Both the position numbers and the translations under genes were made by a program. The notes under the pieces are model-generated. The model worked only from the letters and a program-made list of their open reading frames with translations. It did no database searches and had not been told where the DNA came from. From Octopus vulgaris (lineage: Eukaryota), in assembly GCA_951406725.2 (NCBI GenBank), contig OX597817.1, positions 5,890,001 through 5,954,000 of the forward strand: 64,000 bases of DNA, given 5' to 3'. Shown piece after piece: positions 1 through 13,387 of the stretch. Numbering within the stretch: the stretch's first letter is position 1; the number at the start of each line of letters is the position of its first letter.

Positions 1-59
1 GCAACAGGTTGCTCTTGTCTAATTTCATATCAACTCTAATAGAATCCTCTTGTGGTATA

Positions 60-488
60 CTCTTTACTCTTTTACGTGTTTCAGTCATTTGACTGTGGCC
101 ATGCTGGAGCACTGCCTTTAGTCGAGCAAACCAACCCCAGGACTTATTCTTTGGAAGCCTAGTACGTATTCTATCAGTCTCTTTTGCTGAACCGCTAAAT
201 TACAGGGACGTAAACACACCAGCATCAGTTGTCAAGCAATGTTGGTGGGACAAACACAGACACACAAACATATATACACACACACACTCATACACACACA
301 CATATATATATATATATACATATATACGACGGGCTTCTTTCAGTTTCCGTCTACCAAATCCACTCACAAGGCTTTGGTCACAAGGCTATAGCAGAAGACA
401 CTTGCCGAAGATGCCATGCAGTGGGACTGAACCTGGAACCATGTGGTTCATAAGCAAGTTACTTACCACACAGCCACAACTACACCTA
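60..488 (-). mobile_element. SINE family A (tRNA head, CORE-like block, internal TA/TG microsatellite, TAAAAGAG tail)
   Basis: Near-identical to more than 10 other copies in the window. Has A-box TGGCTGTGTGGT and a B-box-like GGTTCAGTCCC. Confidence 0.9.
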
Positions 489-599
489 TGCAGGTAACAA
501 GATAACTCATAGAGGTACAGTACATACATCTGTAGTTATTATGTCTCCACTTAACTAAGAATCATACTGAAAACTCAAACAAGCAGGAAAGAGTTACCC

Positions 600-1295
600 A
601 TGATGCAGTGTGAAAGTCTAGGCTGTTTGCACTCTGCATTTTCCTATCTTTTTCCTCTGTTGCCTCTAGTTCCAGTTGATGACCAAAAGGAGGTCAGCAA
701 GGTGCTGTTCATTTGTATTTACTTCTGGTGGGGTGCACCCCAATACAATTTCAGACTTATGAGGTTAATGATCCCAGGAATGTTCCTATATATTTGCATT
801 TTCCATATCTTGTTTCTGTGAAAGATACATTTTCTTTGGAATACAGCAGTAGTTGTAGTGCTTGTGTGTTGCATATGTATTTCAGAGAGAGGACAAATCT
901 TTCATGTAATGACAGTGACTATGAGTGTTTAAACTTGTTATGGCAACAAACTGTACCCTTTGTATATAAAGTAGTCTTCCAGTTTTAGTACTTTTCTTTA
1001 AGTGTAACTCCCATTGTGGGTGTGAATGTTATGCTGTTGAGTATGATAGTTGTTTGCAGTTATTATCTGGTGTTGCTTGTAAGAAGCAAGACAATGGATT
1101 TAGTAAGGTTTAGATGATTGATATAAGATTACACTAGTAAGAAGATTGTGTGTAGAGAATACCATGAGGATGTGAGTGTGTATGAAGCTGCATGCATGAT
1201 CTGAGGTGTGTATGAAAGGGCAGATCCTTGTGAAGCACCATTTGAGAAACTGCAAATTTTGAAATTGTTTTTGTAATAAGCAGGGTACCAGCACT
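600..1295 (-). pseudogene. Highly decayed non-LTR reverse transcriptase relic
   Basis: NGASQGSALS resembles the RT motif GVPQGSVLS. The region has many stops and is CpG-depleted. Confidence 0.4.
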
Positions 1296-1299
1296 GACC

Positions 1300-1660
1300 A
1301 ATTCCCATCCCCACATTTTCACACGTCCAGACCACGAGCCCTCTTTCACACGCACATACATACTCTCTTATACACACATGCACCTTCATGTTGGGGGTCA
1401 TCTTTACTTTGTTATCTCCCCTACTTCTTCGCTCTCCTGTGTGACCCTTCTGTCCAGCAGTCACCATGATAGATCGTTAGCCACTACACATTTTTTTTCT
1501 CTTTGTTTCTCTCCTTGTTTTTTTTCTGTGTTCCTTTCTGTAGAAGAGCGTAGGCTCGAAAGTAAAAGACTTTCTATTCCTGAGCGTTATACTAATACAT
1601 CTGTTTATTTTGTACACCACCTGTCTTCGTCTTTTGTTTTTTACGTAAACTCTCCCCCTA
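1300..1660 (+). mobile_element. Penelope-like pLTR element (family E) with a variant hammerhead at 1534-1568
   Basis: Homologous to 10150-10300, 37065-37225 and 53988-54160. Motif CTTT CTGTAGA A GAGC gtag GCTC GAAA GTA AAAG. Confidence 0.7.
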
Positions 1661-2228
1661 TATACACATGTACCATATATGCATGTACACATAAATGTAT
1701 ATAATGTGTGTTTATGTTTATATTCATGCAGGTGGTTTTATATTTTCTCTGTTTTTTTGTGTGTAGTTTTATGTATATTCTTACACAATGGCCATATGGT
1801 TTTTTACGTATACTATGAGGCCTCTCCAATAGGAATATGGTAAGGCGAACTTAATTTGGGATGTAATTAGGAATTTGCCATCCTTAATGTAAACAAGATA
1901 GGAAATGGGTGAGAGAGGAAGTAAAGTAATTAAGTTAATTTTTCAACCAATTATAATATTTAATAAAGATTAATGGAGAATTTTGCCTTTCACAATATAG
2001 AAACATCTATCATGGCACCAACAGACAAAATGGAAAAGGGGTTGCCCCAGATGAGAGCAAGGGATAGGCACTGGAACAGCCACTGACTCATGGGGTTGGC
2101 ACTTGTGGGTAGCCATCTCTGCTCCAATAGCGGGGAGCAGGGATATGGTCAGGGGGCCAAGAATGCTAGAGGTCTCAACTGTCACAGGCTCAACTATAAA
2201 CCTGTCAATGGTTATCTCAAAGTAAATA

Positions 2229-2740
2229 CCGTAAATCCTCGTGTATAGTCCGCCCTTGAGTATAATACGCAGGGGATTTTTAGGGGGCTGTATCTCTGAA
2301 AAACCTAAGCCTTGTGTATAATATGCACCCTTTCTCTAACTTGAGTTAAGGAGGTCTATATAACGTCCTTGGTTTGTAAAAATGTATACGGTAACGTCTT
2401 TTATTATTATTGTATATATAACGTAATGCAAACGTGTAGCATTTTTGTGCATTTTGTTTGCAGAAAATAAAGAAATAACAGTAATAACATTTAATAAATG
2501 TTGCTTACTGCAAGTTATGGATGATTCTTTTATGACTTCATTGCTTTCAGGTTTAGCTTAAGGTATTTTCGCGCCTGACATCACAAAATGCATCTGAATA
2601 AACATTGCCGGACAGCAAATAGAGACTCGGACATTGCTTAGAAAATAATTTTCATTTTTAACCTCGTGTATAATACGCACTAGGGATTTTGACCTTTAAA
2701 TTTTAGGGAAAAAATGCAGATTATACTCGAGGATTTACGG
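2229..2740. mobile_element. pogo/Tigger-type MITE
   Basis: TIRs CCGTAAATCCTCG(T/A)GTATA with TA on both flanks. A second copy lies at 19207-19669. Confidence 0.85.
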
Positions 2741-3321
2741 TATGTGTGGTTATACAATTTTCGTTTCATAAAGTTATTTTTCTGGCTGTTATTGTTCATG
2801 TTTTTGAAGACATTTTTGTGTATAAAACGCTGGTAATTGTTAAAAGCATTTTTGTGCAGAGCTGTGAGTTTGGGAGATGGAATATTTTAGGGGTTTGTTG
2901 TTGTTGTAGCTATTGTTTCCTTAAAATCGCGTATTTTTGTCTTGCTTGTGAAATACTGTTCTTTTTTAGAATTTGTATGTTTTGGTAAACATGTTTTAAT
3001 GAGCTCTATAGATTTTCGGGCTGTCATCGTTTATTGCGTTTATTGTTTTCTGATGACTTCCCTTGCGTGTTGAAAAAGTCACATCGTTCTCAATTGTTGG
3101 TTCGCTGTTAGCAGATACATAAACAAGTGCATCTTATCACTGCAAATGTTTCGCTGATCTGCGGTTCTTAGTTACATACTCCTATAAATATTAGCTGAAT
3201 CATTACTCCTGAAAAGTCAATAGCGATTATACCGATAGATGCATCTGATTAGAAAACATCGAAGGTAGTTGTCTCCATTTATTACAGTTGTCATGACGCA
3301 AGTTGATTCTGTATTTTAGAA

Positions 3322-3539
3322 AGGCGGTGAGCTGGCAGAAACGTTAACACACCGGGCGAAATGCGTAGCCGTATTTCGTCTGTCGTTACGTTCTGAGTTC
3401 AAATTCCGCCGAGGTCGACTTTGCCTTTCATCCTTTCGGGGTCGATAAATTAAGTACAAGTTACGCACTGGGGTCGATATAATCGACTTAATCCGTTTGT
3501 CCCCTCTGTGTTTAGCCCCTTGTGGGTAGTAAAGAAATA
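3322..3539 (+). mobile_element. SINE family B monomer (tRNA-like head, Meta-like GCCTTTCATCCTTTCGGGGTCGATAAA block)
   Basis: A and B boxes present. 16-bp TSD gattct(g/t)tattttaga at 3305-3320 and 3540-3555. Confidence 0.9.
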
Positions 3540-4936
3540 GATTCTTTATTTTAGAGGGAGAAGGCGCTCGAATATTGTGACGTAAACAAGAGTAATAGTA
3601 ATCAAAACTGAATAATTTCTTTATTCAGAAATTGAAATCGTAGCACGGTATTTACTTAACGAGAGGTTATCCGATTCTTCGCAGCACTTACGCACGTGTT
3701 ATATATTATATTTCTGTTACTAATGCTTCACTTATATAATTTTCGCATTGGAAGATCTACAGCAATTTAACCAACCATTATTCACACCACACCCAGAAGG
3801 TTGACAGTAAAGTCAAATTTGACAGCAGCGTTTGAACTTAGGTCTCAATAAATCAACATAGAAGGTTCTGTAAAGCAATCTAATCCGATAGTCTAATATA
3901 TAAACCATCTCCATTGCTCTCTATAAGATAAATATTTCTTCTTAGCGAGATACCGGACCAATATTTAAAGAAGTGGGGGACAGTTTGCTATACTTACTCA
4001 GTAAAGAACGGACGCCTTAGAACAAGAATGAAATTTATGGTAAATCAAAACTCTGACACTTTTTGAGTCATAATTAATAGAGAATCGTTTAATTTAGTTG
4101 TAAATTATCATTGGACAAACAGTAAAAGTTACACCTTTCCATTTTCTAAATTTCTTAGAATCAAATTAGTCTGTAATTGCTGAGCATTTGATGACAACGT
4201 ACCTTCAAACCAATATCAAAATGAATGAATGAGCGACGGAGAAGTAAATTCAGCAAGCAACAAGGAAACACTAAAATGCTTTCTACTCCATTCTAATATG
4301 GAAAAACTTATGCAAACTAGTGACGATGATGACAATGAGAATAAACGAAAGGAATATTACAGACAATTGATCTCATACCCATAGTCTATGTGATCAGCCC
4401 TCAACACATTGTAACTGCGTCAATTTCAATTTCTGCTGAAGCCATTTCACTTCGCTTACGTCTTTAGCTAAAACATGGACGCCTGGAACAAAGGAGTAAC
4501 ACAGAAAAGAAAGAAAAGAGAGAGAGAAACCAATTATTGATAAATTATTCGAGCTACTTCGGCGAGATGATAGGCAATGTGATATAGGTGGGTCTTGAAC
4601 ATAAAAGGACGAAGCAAAACAACACATGGCATTTGTTTAATCTGCTACTTTCCTATTCCTGCTAACAAATGAATAGTTCATTTTGAGCATAGCAGTCCTG
4701 TATCTTACGGTAAGGGATGCTTTGAGAAGTTGTGAGGACTATACTTTCTCAAGAATATTAACGAAGCAAGAGATGTGGACCCTTTTTTTTAATACTGCAG
4801 GCATCTGTTTGCCCAATCATTGTTTCACTGCAATTATGATGGAGCGAGTGTCAAAAGTGTTGCTGTAATTCAGCGCAGAACAAATATCCTAAAGGGTCCC
4901 ATTGTAAGACAAGTAGTTTTAGGTTTCCTTGTCGGT

Positions 4937-5294
4937 ATTTATACAACTTTCCGCACATTTCCATCTACCAAATTCTGTTCACAAGTTATTGTTCGACTTG
5001 AGACTCTGATAAAATACCTATTTTGCCGCTCATTTTCAATGGAATTAATTCTCAAGACGAACAATACCTTGTGAACAGAATTTGGTAGATGGAAATGTGC
5101 GGAAAGTTGTATAAATTTTTGCGTTACACTTTCGTTCTCTCACTTTAAAATCAGGGACAATTTTAAATTAAGCACAGACCTTTATAAAAAAAAAAAAAAT
5201 TGATGCCTAGTGCCTTCGAGTGCCTCGTAGAGGGTAAGACCAAGAACAGTTTAGTGATTTTAAAGTGAGAGAACGAAAGTGTAACGCAAAAATT
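4937..5294. repeat. Two abutting inverted repeats
   Basis: 4937-5003 pairs with 5050-5116 (2 mismatches). 5114-5153 pairs with 5255-5294 (40 bp, exact). Confidence 0.9.
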
Positions 5295-6230
5295 ATTTTA
5301 TGCGAGAATTGAAACCAAATGGCAAACTTGACTTTTATTATTGAAGTGTTCGACAAATTTCCACCAGGTTGTGCATGGACGAGAAATGTGACCCATGAAA
5401 TAATGAAATGTAAAGTAGACTTTAACAAAAGCATAACCAAATAATGCAAAGCATTTGTCCGGTGGTCACCTGATTCTGCCATCACGGTCCTCCCCTAATA
5501 ATGATTTCTAACATAGGTATGGGGCAACACATTTTAAAACCCGAGTATTTGTGAATGAAGAAAGAAGGCACAATAATGGCTGGTATGGGGGTTCACTTAC
5601 TGTAGCAATGACAGTAAGTACAAAAGAAAACAAATAATGAATTTAACTCAGCCAGGGTTTGGATTCAGAAAATGATTTAGAATTGACACGGTAACATTCC
5701 ATTGCCGCTAATCCAAAGACAAGCTGCCGTTCTTATTCACTAGTATCGTTTCTGTGCCGACATCTACTTCTCTAATGTAGCTAGCTACGTATTCTGTGCC
5801 CCTCGGTCTTTATGGATGCCCTGTATTTCGTTTCCTTCAGATGTCTACTGTGTCGCACTTCCCAGACCCTACCCTCTCATATCTGAGAAAGCCTCTATGA
5901 TCACTGCAAGAAATAGCAGTCTAATCTCCTTCAACTTACACTTCACTGTCTTTTATAAGATACATTAGGTAATATTGTTCAGGATTACCTGAACACAGAA
6001 AAAAGGCATGATGGTCTTATCTTAAATGCTTTTAATCATAAGTTTGCTCTGTCAGAGCTGCTTAAGAAGGACAAAAACTTTCGATCTTCAATAGCTCGGA
6101 AGTTCCCATCAATCTTCGATTTTCCTACATTTATTAACTTTACCAATATGAGCACTAACAAAATCAATGTTCATTATGCCTTTCCATTTAATTTATTCAT
6201 AAAAAAACAAATATTGCAAAAGTGATGAAT

Positions 6231-6402
6231 AGGCGTAGGAGTGGCTGTGTGGTAAGTAGCTTGCTTACCAACCACATGGTTCCGGGTTCAGTCCCACTGC
6301 GTGGCACCTTGGGCAAGTGTCGTCTACTATAGCCTCGGCCCAACCAAAGCCTTGTGAGTGGATTTGGTAGACGGAAACTGAAAGAAGCCCGTCGTATATA
6401 TG

Positions 6403-6457
<55 letters not shown>

Positions 6458-6664
6458 GTTTGTGTTTGTGGTTGTGTCCCCAACATCGCTTGACAACCGA
6501 TGCTGGTGTGTTTACGTCCCTTACGTCACTTAGCGGTTCGGCAAAAAGAGACCGATAGAATAAGTACTAGGCTTACAAAGAATGTGTCCTGGGGTCGATT
6601 TGCTCGACTGAAAGGCTGTGCTCCAGCATGGCTGCAGTCAAATGACTGAAACAAGTAAAAGAGA
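6231..6664 (+). mobile_element. SINE family A, full length
   Basis: Matches the other family A copies end to end. Confidence 0.92.
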
Positions 6665-7776
6665 TTAAATAAATTCAGTTATGTTAGGATTTGAATAAAG
6701 ACGAGATGATTAAAGTCAAATACTCCATATTTCGACACCGTAGCCCTTACCGTTTGATATTTCGATAGTCTATAAAACATTTACTCTTTATTCATACTTA
6801 TACCATTTAACTTATGCAAATAATTGGATGGTGATGTGAAATGAGGGCAGGTTAGCTAAATGGGGTAAGATGGCTGTTTGCCTATTCTTTACTCTGTGTA
6901 ACTATTTCTTCCCGAAATATACCAACCATTCTTAAGAACTCACCTTTCAGCTTGTCACTTCATTTGAAAGGTCGCTGCCACGTAATGCTGAAAGCTTCAA
7001 TGTCAGACCGATTGAAATTATTAAATATAATTGACAAGAAAATGAATAATTATGTTATTAAAAAAATTATTAAATGACTTAAGTACACATTACCCTTAAG
7101 ACACATTCCAGAATTTTTCTTTTCGCTGAGCAACTTTGGCAAAATATAACTTTGTTTTCCCAAACTCTCCACCCGTCTTTGTATCTTCCCCCTCTCTATA
7201 AGAATGTCGTCGTAATTTTTACACTTTATTCACAACAATTATTCGAGTAGAGGAGAGAGGTGGAGAAGGTCAAAGAAAACTGCGCACTGATTAACGTCTA
7301 TGAAATATTTCGTTTTACTTGTCTCGATTTTTAAGTTCAAATTCTGCTAGATTATTTTTTTCAACCCCCATTTCGTAGATGTCGATACACTAGTTCTTGT
7401 TGTTGCTGTTATTAGTGTTGTTTAGCTTTAATTAGCAAACATAAGATTAAAACATCCAGCTTTGACCGTTTAGCATTTTTCAGAAACTGTGTCTAAAATG
7501 TCACCTTCTGTCTTTAAGATAACAGTGTACTTTTAAGCGAAATTTCCTGTCACACGTATGCCTTCTCCTTAGTTACAGATTTATGCTAGAAATGCAGTGT
7601 CTAGTTTTAGCCTATTTGTAATATATCTCAACTGATTTCATAACAAGCTTATATCGATTTTACTTGTTATCCTTATCAATGTCAACAAAATGAACGCTGT
7701 TTTAGGTTGATGAGACAAATTATTTCTAAGTGATCTCGTCCCCAGATGCATACCATATTAATAAAACTGAAAAGTA

Positions 7777-7796
7777 GTGTAGCGTACGCTTAGTGA

Positions 7797-7832
<36 letters not shown>

Positions 7833-8057
7833 CTCTCTCTCTCTCTGTCTCTGTTATATATAACATAAATACGGACGTAGCAGATAACAGCTAATCTTCG
7901 GCTGATTGGACAAATTGCGCCAAATACCAACCAACCAGAGTAGTGGACACAACAGGGTCCAAGCGGCCGAAGGTTAGCTGTTATCTGCTACGTCCGTATT
8001 TATGTTATATATAACAGAGAGAGAGAGAGAGAGAATTTCGTTAAGCGTACGCTACAG
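7777..8057. mobile_element. Fold-back MITE with long TIRs containing (CT)n/(AG)n
   Basis: Arms of about 100-130 bp, nearly perfectly complementary around a ~45 bp spacer, with TA on both flanks. Confidence 0.85.
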
Positions 8058-8717
8058 TATTTAATAAAGGAGACTAGTATTGAGAAAACCTTGCCAGTGG
8101 TGCCTAAGTATCAACATCATAGAAGTTGTCGTTTAATCCGGGACCTATTCTAATCAAACAATCGTGAACATCTTTATTTTATTATCGGAAAAGGTATTCA
8201 AGAATGCTTTAACCAATACATCCTTTCTAAGACGGTGAGTTGTTGTCTAAGGAGAACTTGGCCTCTATTTTCGGAGGTCGTTTAACCTGGCAGAAGTTCC
8301 CTTGCTGCTCCGTGGAACTCATTCTAGTCCTGAAAGATGTACACCTGATGATGAATGTCTGAGCTTGAGTTAAATGTAGAATAGACTGTGGCTGTTCACA
8401 AGTCTCCATCCACATTCAATGTTTGGGTGTTGATTCAACAGGAGCGAAGACCGAAACGATTGAGAGACTCTGGTCTAAGATTGATTATTGCGGTAGTTTC
8501 TTCATATCAACAGGAGTTGAATACAAATACTACAAACTAAACAAACACCTGAAAACCAAGCTCTCATAGAACTTATATGTGATAGCTGGATCTGCTAAAG
8601 ACAGAGAAAGGGCACACTGGATACTGAAGTTCAACAAAGACAGTTGTTCTTATCATGTGTTTGTTCAATAAAAAATCTACCTAGGGCTAAACGATAGCAA
8701 TGACTAGAAGAAAAAGG

Positions 8718-9137
8718 GGATCTTTTCGGTTTTAACGGCAGTTTTTTCTAGCGGTGTCATATGAAATTGTCACCCATAATTATGACCCTAGTATCGATCT
8801 ATTGCATTTCAATCTGTTTTAGGGTTAGGGGTTAGTTAGGGGTGGGGGGAAGAGTATCTTTTTTCTTCAGAAATGTAAATAAACCCAATCTGTTTCTTAA
8901 ACGAGGGACATATTCATACGACACAATGTTTTTCACCTCAATAGACGTCATTGATTGGTTGAAATTTCAGAAATTGAAGAAAAAAAACAACAAATATCTC
9001 TTCAAACTATAGAATTTTCTCAATAAAGCCAAGAGAAAAAGATGTTTTATAAACACATTCTACCAGTATACGAAGTTTAAAAGTGTTTAGTTACGTGGAA
9101 ATTATTAAAAAAACTGCCGTTCAAACCGAAAAAGTCC
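8718..9137. mobile_element. MITE with GG termini and 8-bp TSD (Merlin- or hAT-like)
   Basis: TIR ggatcttttcggttt(t/g)aacggcagttttt. TSD gaaaaagg at 8710-8717 and 9138-9145. Internal TTAGGG-like run. Confidence 0.85.
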
Positions 9138-9732
9138 GAAAAAGGACATTATATATGTATGCACACCCACTCATCCTTACTCATTAACCTCACCAACACA
9201 CCATATTTGTGTATTTGTTTGCATATGCATTAGTACCCTTTAAAAATAACGGTGTTCTGTTTGAGTATGGAATGCATAATGCAAAAATTAGTATTGCATA
9301 AGGGTTTGTAGTTATTTCTATGACTGTATATAAAGAGTAATATTTTCATACGATTCTCATTACATTTCGAATAAAGGCAAAACTTGTCCATATATTTCTA
9401 TTAACATCTGACTGCTAAAATCTCTATCGTGTCAAGCGAAGAAATAGACTATAGATTAATATTAAAATCTAACATGTATCTATTTTCAAGTATCTCTCTA
9501 CTTCAGCTGTATTTACACTCCGTCATATCTTAGCTCTACACGTTTTTTTCCCACTCTTATTGAGCTATCTACTAATGTCTTTGCATCAAAGAAATATTTC
9601 GTTGTAATTACTATGTAATTATTTCTATGATAGCCATAACAGCACATTTCTGTAAGATAATTTTAAAACCATTTTTTGAAGGGAATGTCGGCAATTCAAA
9701 GGAAATTGAAAGTATTTATGTGTACATAGGGA

Positions 9733-9855
9733 CAGGCGTGGCTGTGTAGTAAAAAGCTTGCTTCCCAACTACAGGGTCCCGGGTTCAGTCCCACTGAGTG
9801 GCATCTTGTGTGAGTCTTCTGCTATTGCAGAGACTTGTGAGCGGATTTGGTAAAT
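9733..9855 (+). mobile_element. SINE family A, diverged 5' fragment
   Basis: tRNA head plus the start of the CORE-like block. Confidence 0.75.
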
Positions 9856-9916
9856 CCACTCAGATTGTATATATAAAAAGCCCTTATTATATATATATAT
9901 ATATATATATATACAT

Positions 9917-10120
9917 AGTTAATCCAAACATGAAAACACAAAGAGAAAACACAACGCGAGGACGTGGAACAAGTATAGTGTTATTAGGAAAGAAGGAAAG
10001 AAGGCGGGTTTAACGTTTCGAGCGGAGCTCTTCATCAGAAACATAGGAAAAGGAAAGGTCCAAAGAAGGGAAGACGGAGGGAAAAAAATCGCCAACGGTA
10101 CACACGCGGTCACATTTTGA
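9917..10120 (-). mobile_element. Penelope-like pLTR element carrying a hammerhead
   Basis: Contains the hammerhead at 10008-10042. Its 3' part also occurs at 40343-40398. Confidence 0.7.
10008..10042 (-). ncRNA. Minimal type I hammerhead ribozyme motif
   Basis: GUUU CUGAUGA A GAGC UCC GCUC GAAAC GU U AAAC. Stems I and II pair, and helix III is the palindrome ACGU. Confidence 0.75.
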
Positions 10121-10149
10121 ATATATATATATATATCGTTGAAATTTAT

Positions 10150-10590
10150 TGAAAAACAAGACAGACAGGTGTATGAACAACAAGCAGTTATATTACTTTG
10201 ACACTCTGGAAAGTGAAAATGTCTTTTAAGTTTCGAACCTACGCTCTTCAACAGAAAGGAATAAGAGAAAAGAGAGAGAGAGAGAGAGAATAAAAAAAAC
10301 TTGTGAATAAGAAAAGAAGAGTGAAAGGCAAATAACGTACGGCGTATGAAAAATCACAAAGTTCAGAAGTCTGAAATTGTAGAGATTTTACATGAACGGA
10401 AGAGTCCAGCGAAATCCGTGAAAGTAGAGTCAGTATATCCTGTGGTAATCCGGGTGGAGTGCGGGTACGTAGATGAGGAGAGGTGCAGAAAGTTCAGGAA
10501 GTAGTTAAGATATGTAAGTCCAAAGGTTAGGAGGTTAAAACAGGATAAAACTAGAGTGACCACGTGAGCGTATAATATATAATTATACAT
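10150..10590 (-). mobile_element. Family E pLTR (variant hammerhead 10223-10258) plus decayed adjacent sequence
   Basis: CTTT CTGTTGA A GAGC gtag GTTC GAAAC TTA AAAG, homologous to the other family E copies. Confidence 0.6.
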
Positions 10591-10629
10591 ACATACATAC
10601 ATACATGCATACATACATACATATATACA

Positions 10630-10858
10630 TGTGTGCGTGTATCTGTGCTTGTACCACCACCAATTGGCAACCGATGTTGGTGATTTTATGTCCTTGTAAC
10701 TTAGTCGTTGAGCAAAGAGATCGATAAGAATAAGTACCAGGCTTAAAAGCATAAAAAACACTGAGGTCGACTCATTCGACTAAAATTTCTTCAAAGCAGT
10801 GCCCCAGCATGACCCCAGTCTAATAACAAACAAATAAAAAAATAAATGATAAAAGATA
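10630..10858 (+). mobile_element. SINE family A, diverged 3' half
   Basis: caaccgatgttggtg...gataagaataagtacc...ccagcatg matches the family A tail. Confidence 0.7.
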
Positions 10859-11552
10859 TGGCTGATTCGTAAACTAACCATATTCGTTGTGTTGTAAATA
10901 ATAAACTTCCCACAATGCTGTCTTTGTAGTCTTGACGATGAAGATATCATCTCTTCCAAAAACTCGATCGTTTCCAAAAAAGATATAGATTATATATATA
11001 TTAAATATTTGTTTAAATAAAGTATCTTGGTTTATTTCCAAGTATTCCTTCGCTTTTATTTGCATATGTGTATAGTTAATTTGCATATGTGTATAGTTAA
11101 TTTCATAAATTTTCGATTGAGCTCTCTGCTAATTAGTTTGCATAAAAAGACGAATAAAGTTCTAATAACTGCTAATATCTTCCTTTTTATAATTATTATT
11201 ACAACAGTTCCTATATGTATTTACGAAGTTTACTTGGGTGATTCGACGACGCTTGAAGGTTCGCAAAATAGAGCATATTTTGATATTTTGTTTTGGCGTT
11301 TTGATAATTATGGATATAACCAATATCTACAATGCAGCATATATATATGAACAAATATCTTTACGTGACATCTTTTGCGCTTCCGCTTATGAAGGCATCA
11401 CGAATCTTCATATATATAACCGGTTTCTAAATCGTATGTATATAAAGTGCAAAATTTTCATGTCTGTCTTTGTAATTCAGCTGATGAATGCATCGCGCAG
11501 TCCTATATTTCTTGCAGACGTCTGGCAGCTAGAAATACTATTGTAGCAGAGG

Positions 11553-11682
<130 letters not shown>

Positions 11683-11890
11683 TCATATTTCGATATTTAA
11701 CTTGATTTTATTTTCAAGCATATTTTCGTTTTAGATGAGGTTCATATATACATATGTATACACATACATGGAAGAACATACATACACGTATTCACATATA
11801 TATGTGTACATATTTACACACACATATATATACATATACGTGCATACACCCGCGCACTTTATATAAATGAGTCTCTGTGTGTGTATATAT

Positions 11891-12306
11891 CTCTTTACTC
11901 TCTTTTTCTCTATTACTTGTTTCAGTCATTTTGACTGCGGCCATGCTGGTGCACCGCCTTTAATCGAGCAACTCGACCCCGGGACTTATTCTTTTGTAAG
12001 CCCAGTACTTATTCTATCGGTCTCTTTTTGCCGAACCGCTAAGTAACGGGGACATAAACACACCAGCATCGGTTGTCAAGCAATGCTAGGGGGACAAGCA
12101 CAGACACACAAACACACACACGCATATATATATACATATATACGACGGGCTTCTTTCAGTTTCCGTCTACCAAATCCACTCACAAGGCTTTGGTCGGCCC
12201 GAGGCTATAGTACAAGACACTTGCCCAAGGTGCCACGCAATGGGACTGAACCCGGAACCATGTGGTTGGTAAACAAGCTACTTACCACACAGCCACCCCT
12301 GCGCCT
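11891..12306 (-). mobile_element. SINE family A, full length
   Basis: Matches the other family A copies. Confidence 0.92.
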
Positions 12307-13387
12307 GTATACAAAACTTTTAGATGTATAAACAACACTTACACAAAGCAAAACGCAGAAAATAAATGTGTGAATACCATTTTTATTAAGACTGATTTAC
12401 TGTCTTTAGTTTTGAGAAATCACCGGCACGTAGACATTCTTTTGCGCGTACACAAGAAAGGTGAGAGAATAAGAGAGAGAGAAGGGGAGGAGACAGAGAA
12501 AGAGTGAGAGAGAGATAGAAAGAGATAAAGAGAATTGTGAATTGATATTTAAAAAAGGGAGGAGTATAAGAAGGATTAGAAAGAATGCTGAGAAAGAGAA
12601 AGGATTGACATTTTCTTTGACTACAAATTGCACTCTTCACTATGACATTCAAAGATATTATGTGTTTAAATTATGTCTTATATTTCGTCATATTTGCTGC
12701 CTCTGATGTTGTTTTTGCTGCTTCTGACTCCATTCTTTCTGTTGTTGTTGTTGTTGTCTTAATTATATTAGAATCTCTGAAACTTAATTAAACGAAAACT
12801 AATAGATCTACACTACTATTTTATCATCTTTCAACTGCTCAAGTAACTATCTGTCAGCTAATGAGTCTAAAATACATTACTTGAGAATGCAGAATCCAAT
12901 TTCTATCATCACTATTTATGAACGTTTTTTTTTTTTTTTGTACCACCCCCACCAAAATAACGAATAACAATAATAATAAATAAACAGTTTTACTAGCACA
13001 GAAGCGTCACTGAAAACTGGGTCTTTTACATTCCTGCTTCAGCTAAAATTCCTAGCAGTAACTCCTATTAATTCCTTCCAACGTGCCTTTTAAATTACGG
13101 TTGGAATTCTCGAAAAAAAGATTTGTTTTTAATATGGCGATATATGAAAAATGACATTCCAGTTGAAAAATGTTTTAGATTTGAAGCAAAAAATGAGGAA
13201 AGAGATAGAAAATATTGGAACAATTTTAAACCTTTTCTTTTCTTTCTTATGTAGAAAATAAACGCTAGTCCTCACAAACCATAATCTCAAAATAATTTTA
13301 GTCTTTAAAGCTAACCATGATATTTTTTGTATACTTATTAGTGATTCTTCATTCATTATTTCGCTAATTCACTCATGAATTAATTAT

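Noticed and set aside
3050-3085. CTGATGA...GAAA as a hammerhead (similarly 8345, 14015, 32608, 45440)
   Set aside because: Stems I and II cannot form, or GAAA is missing.
8815-8850. Interstitial telomere from a chromosome fusion
   Set aside because: There are only a few degenerate units, and they lie inside a MITE with TIRs and a TSD.
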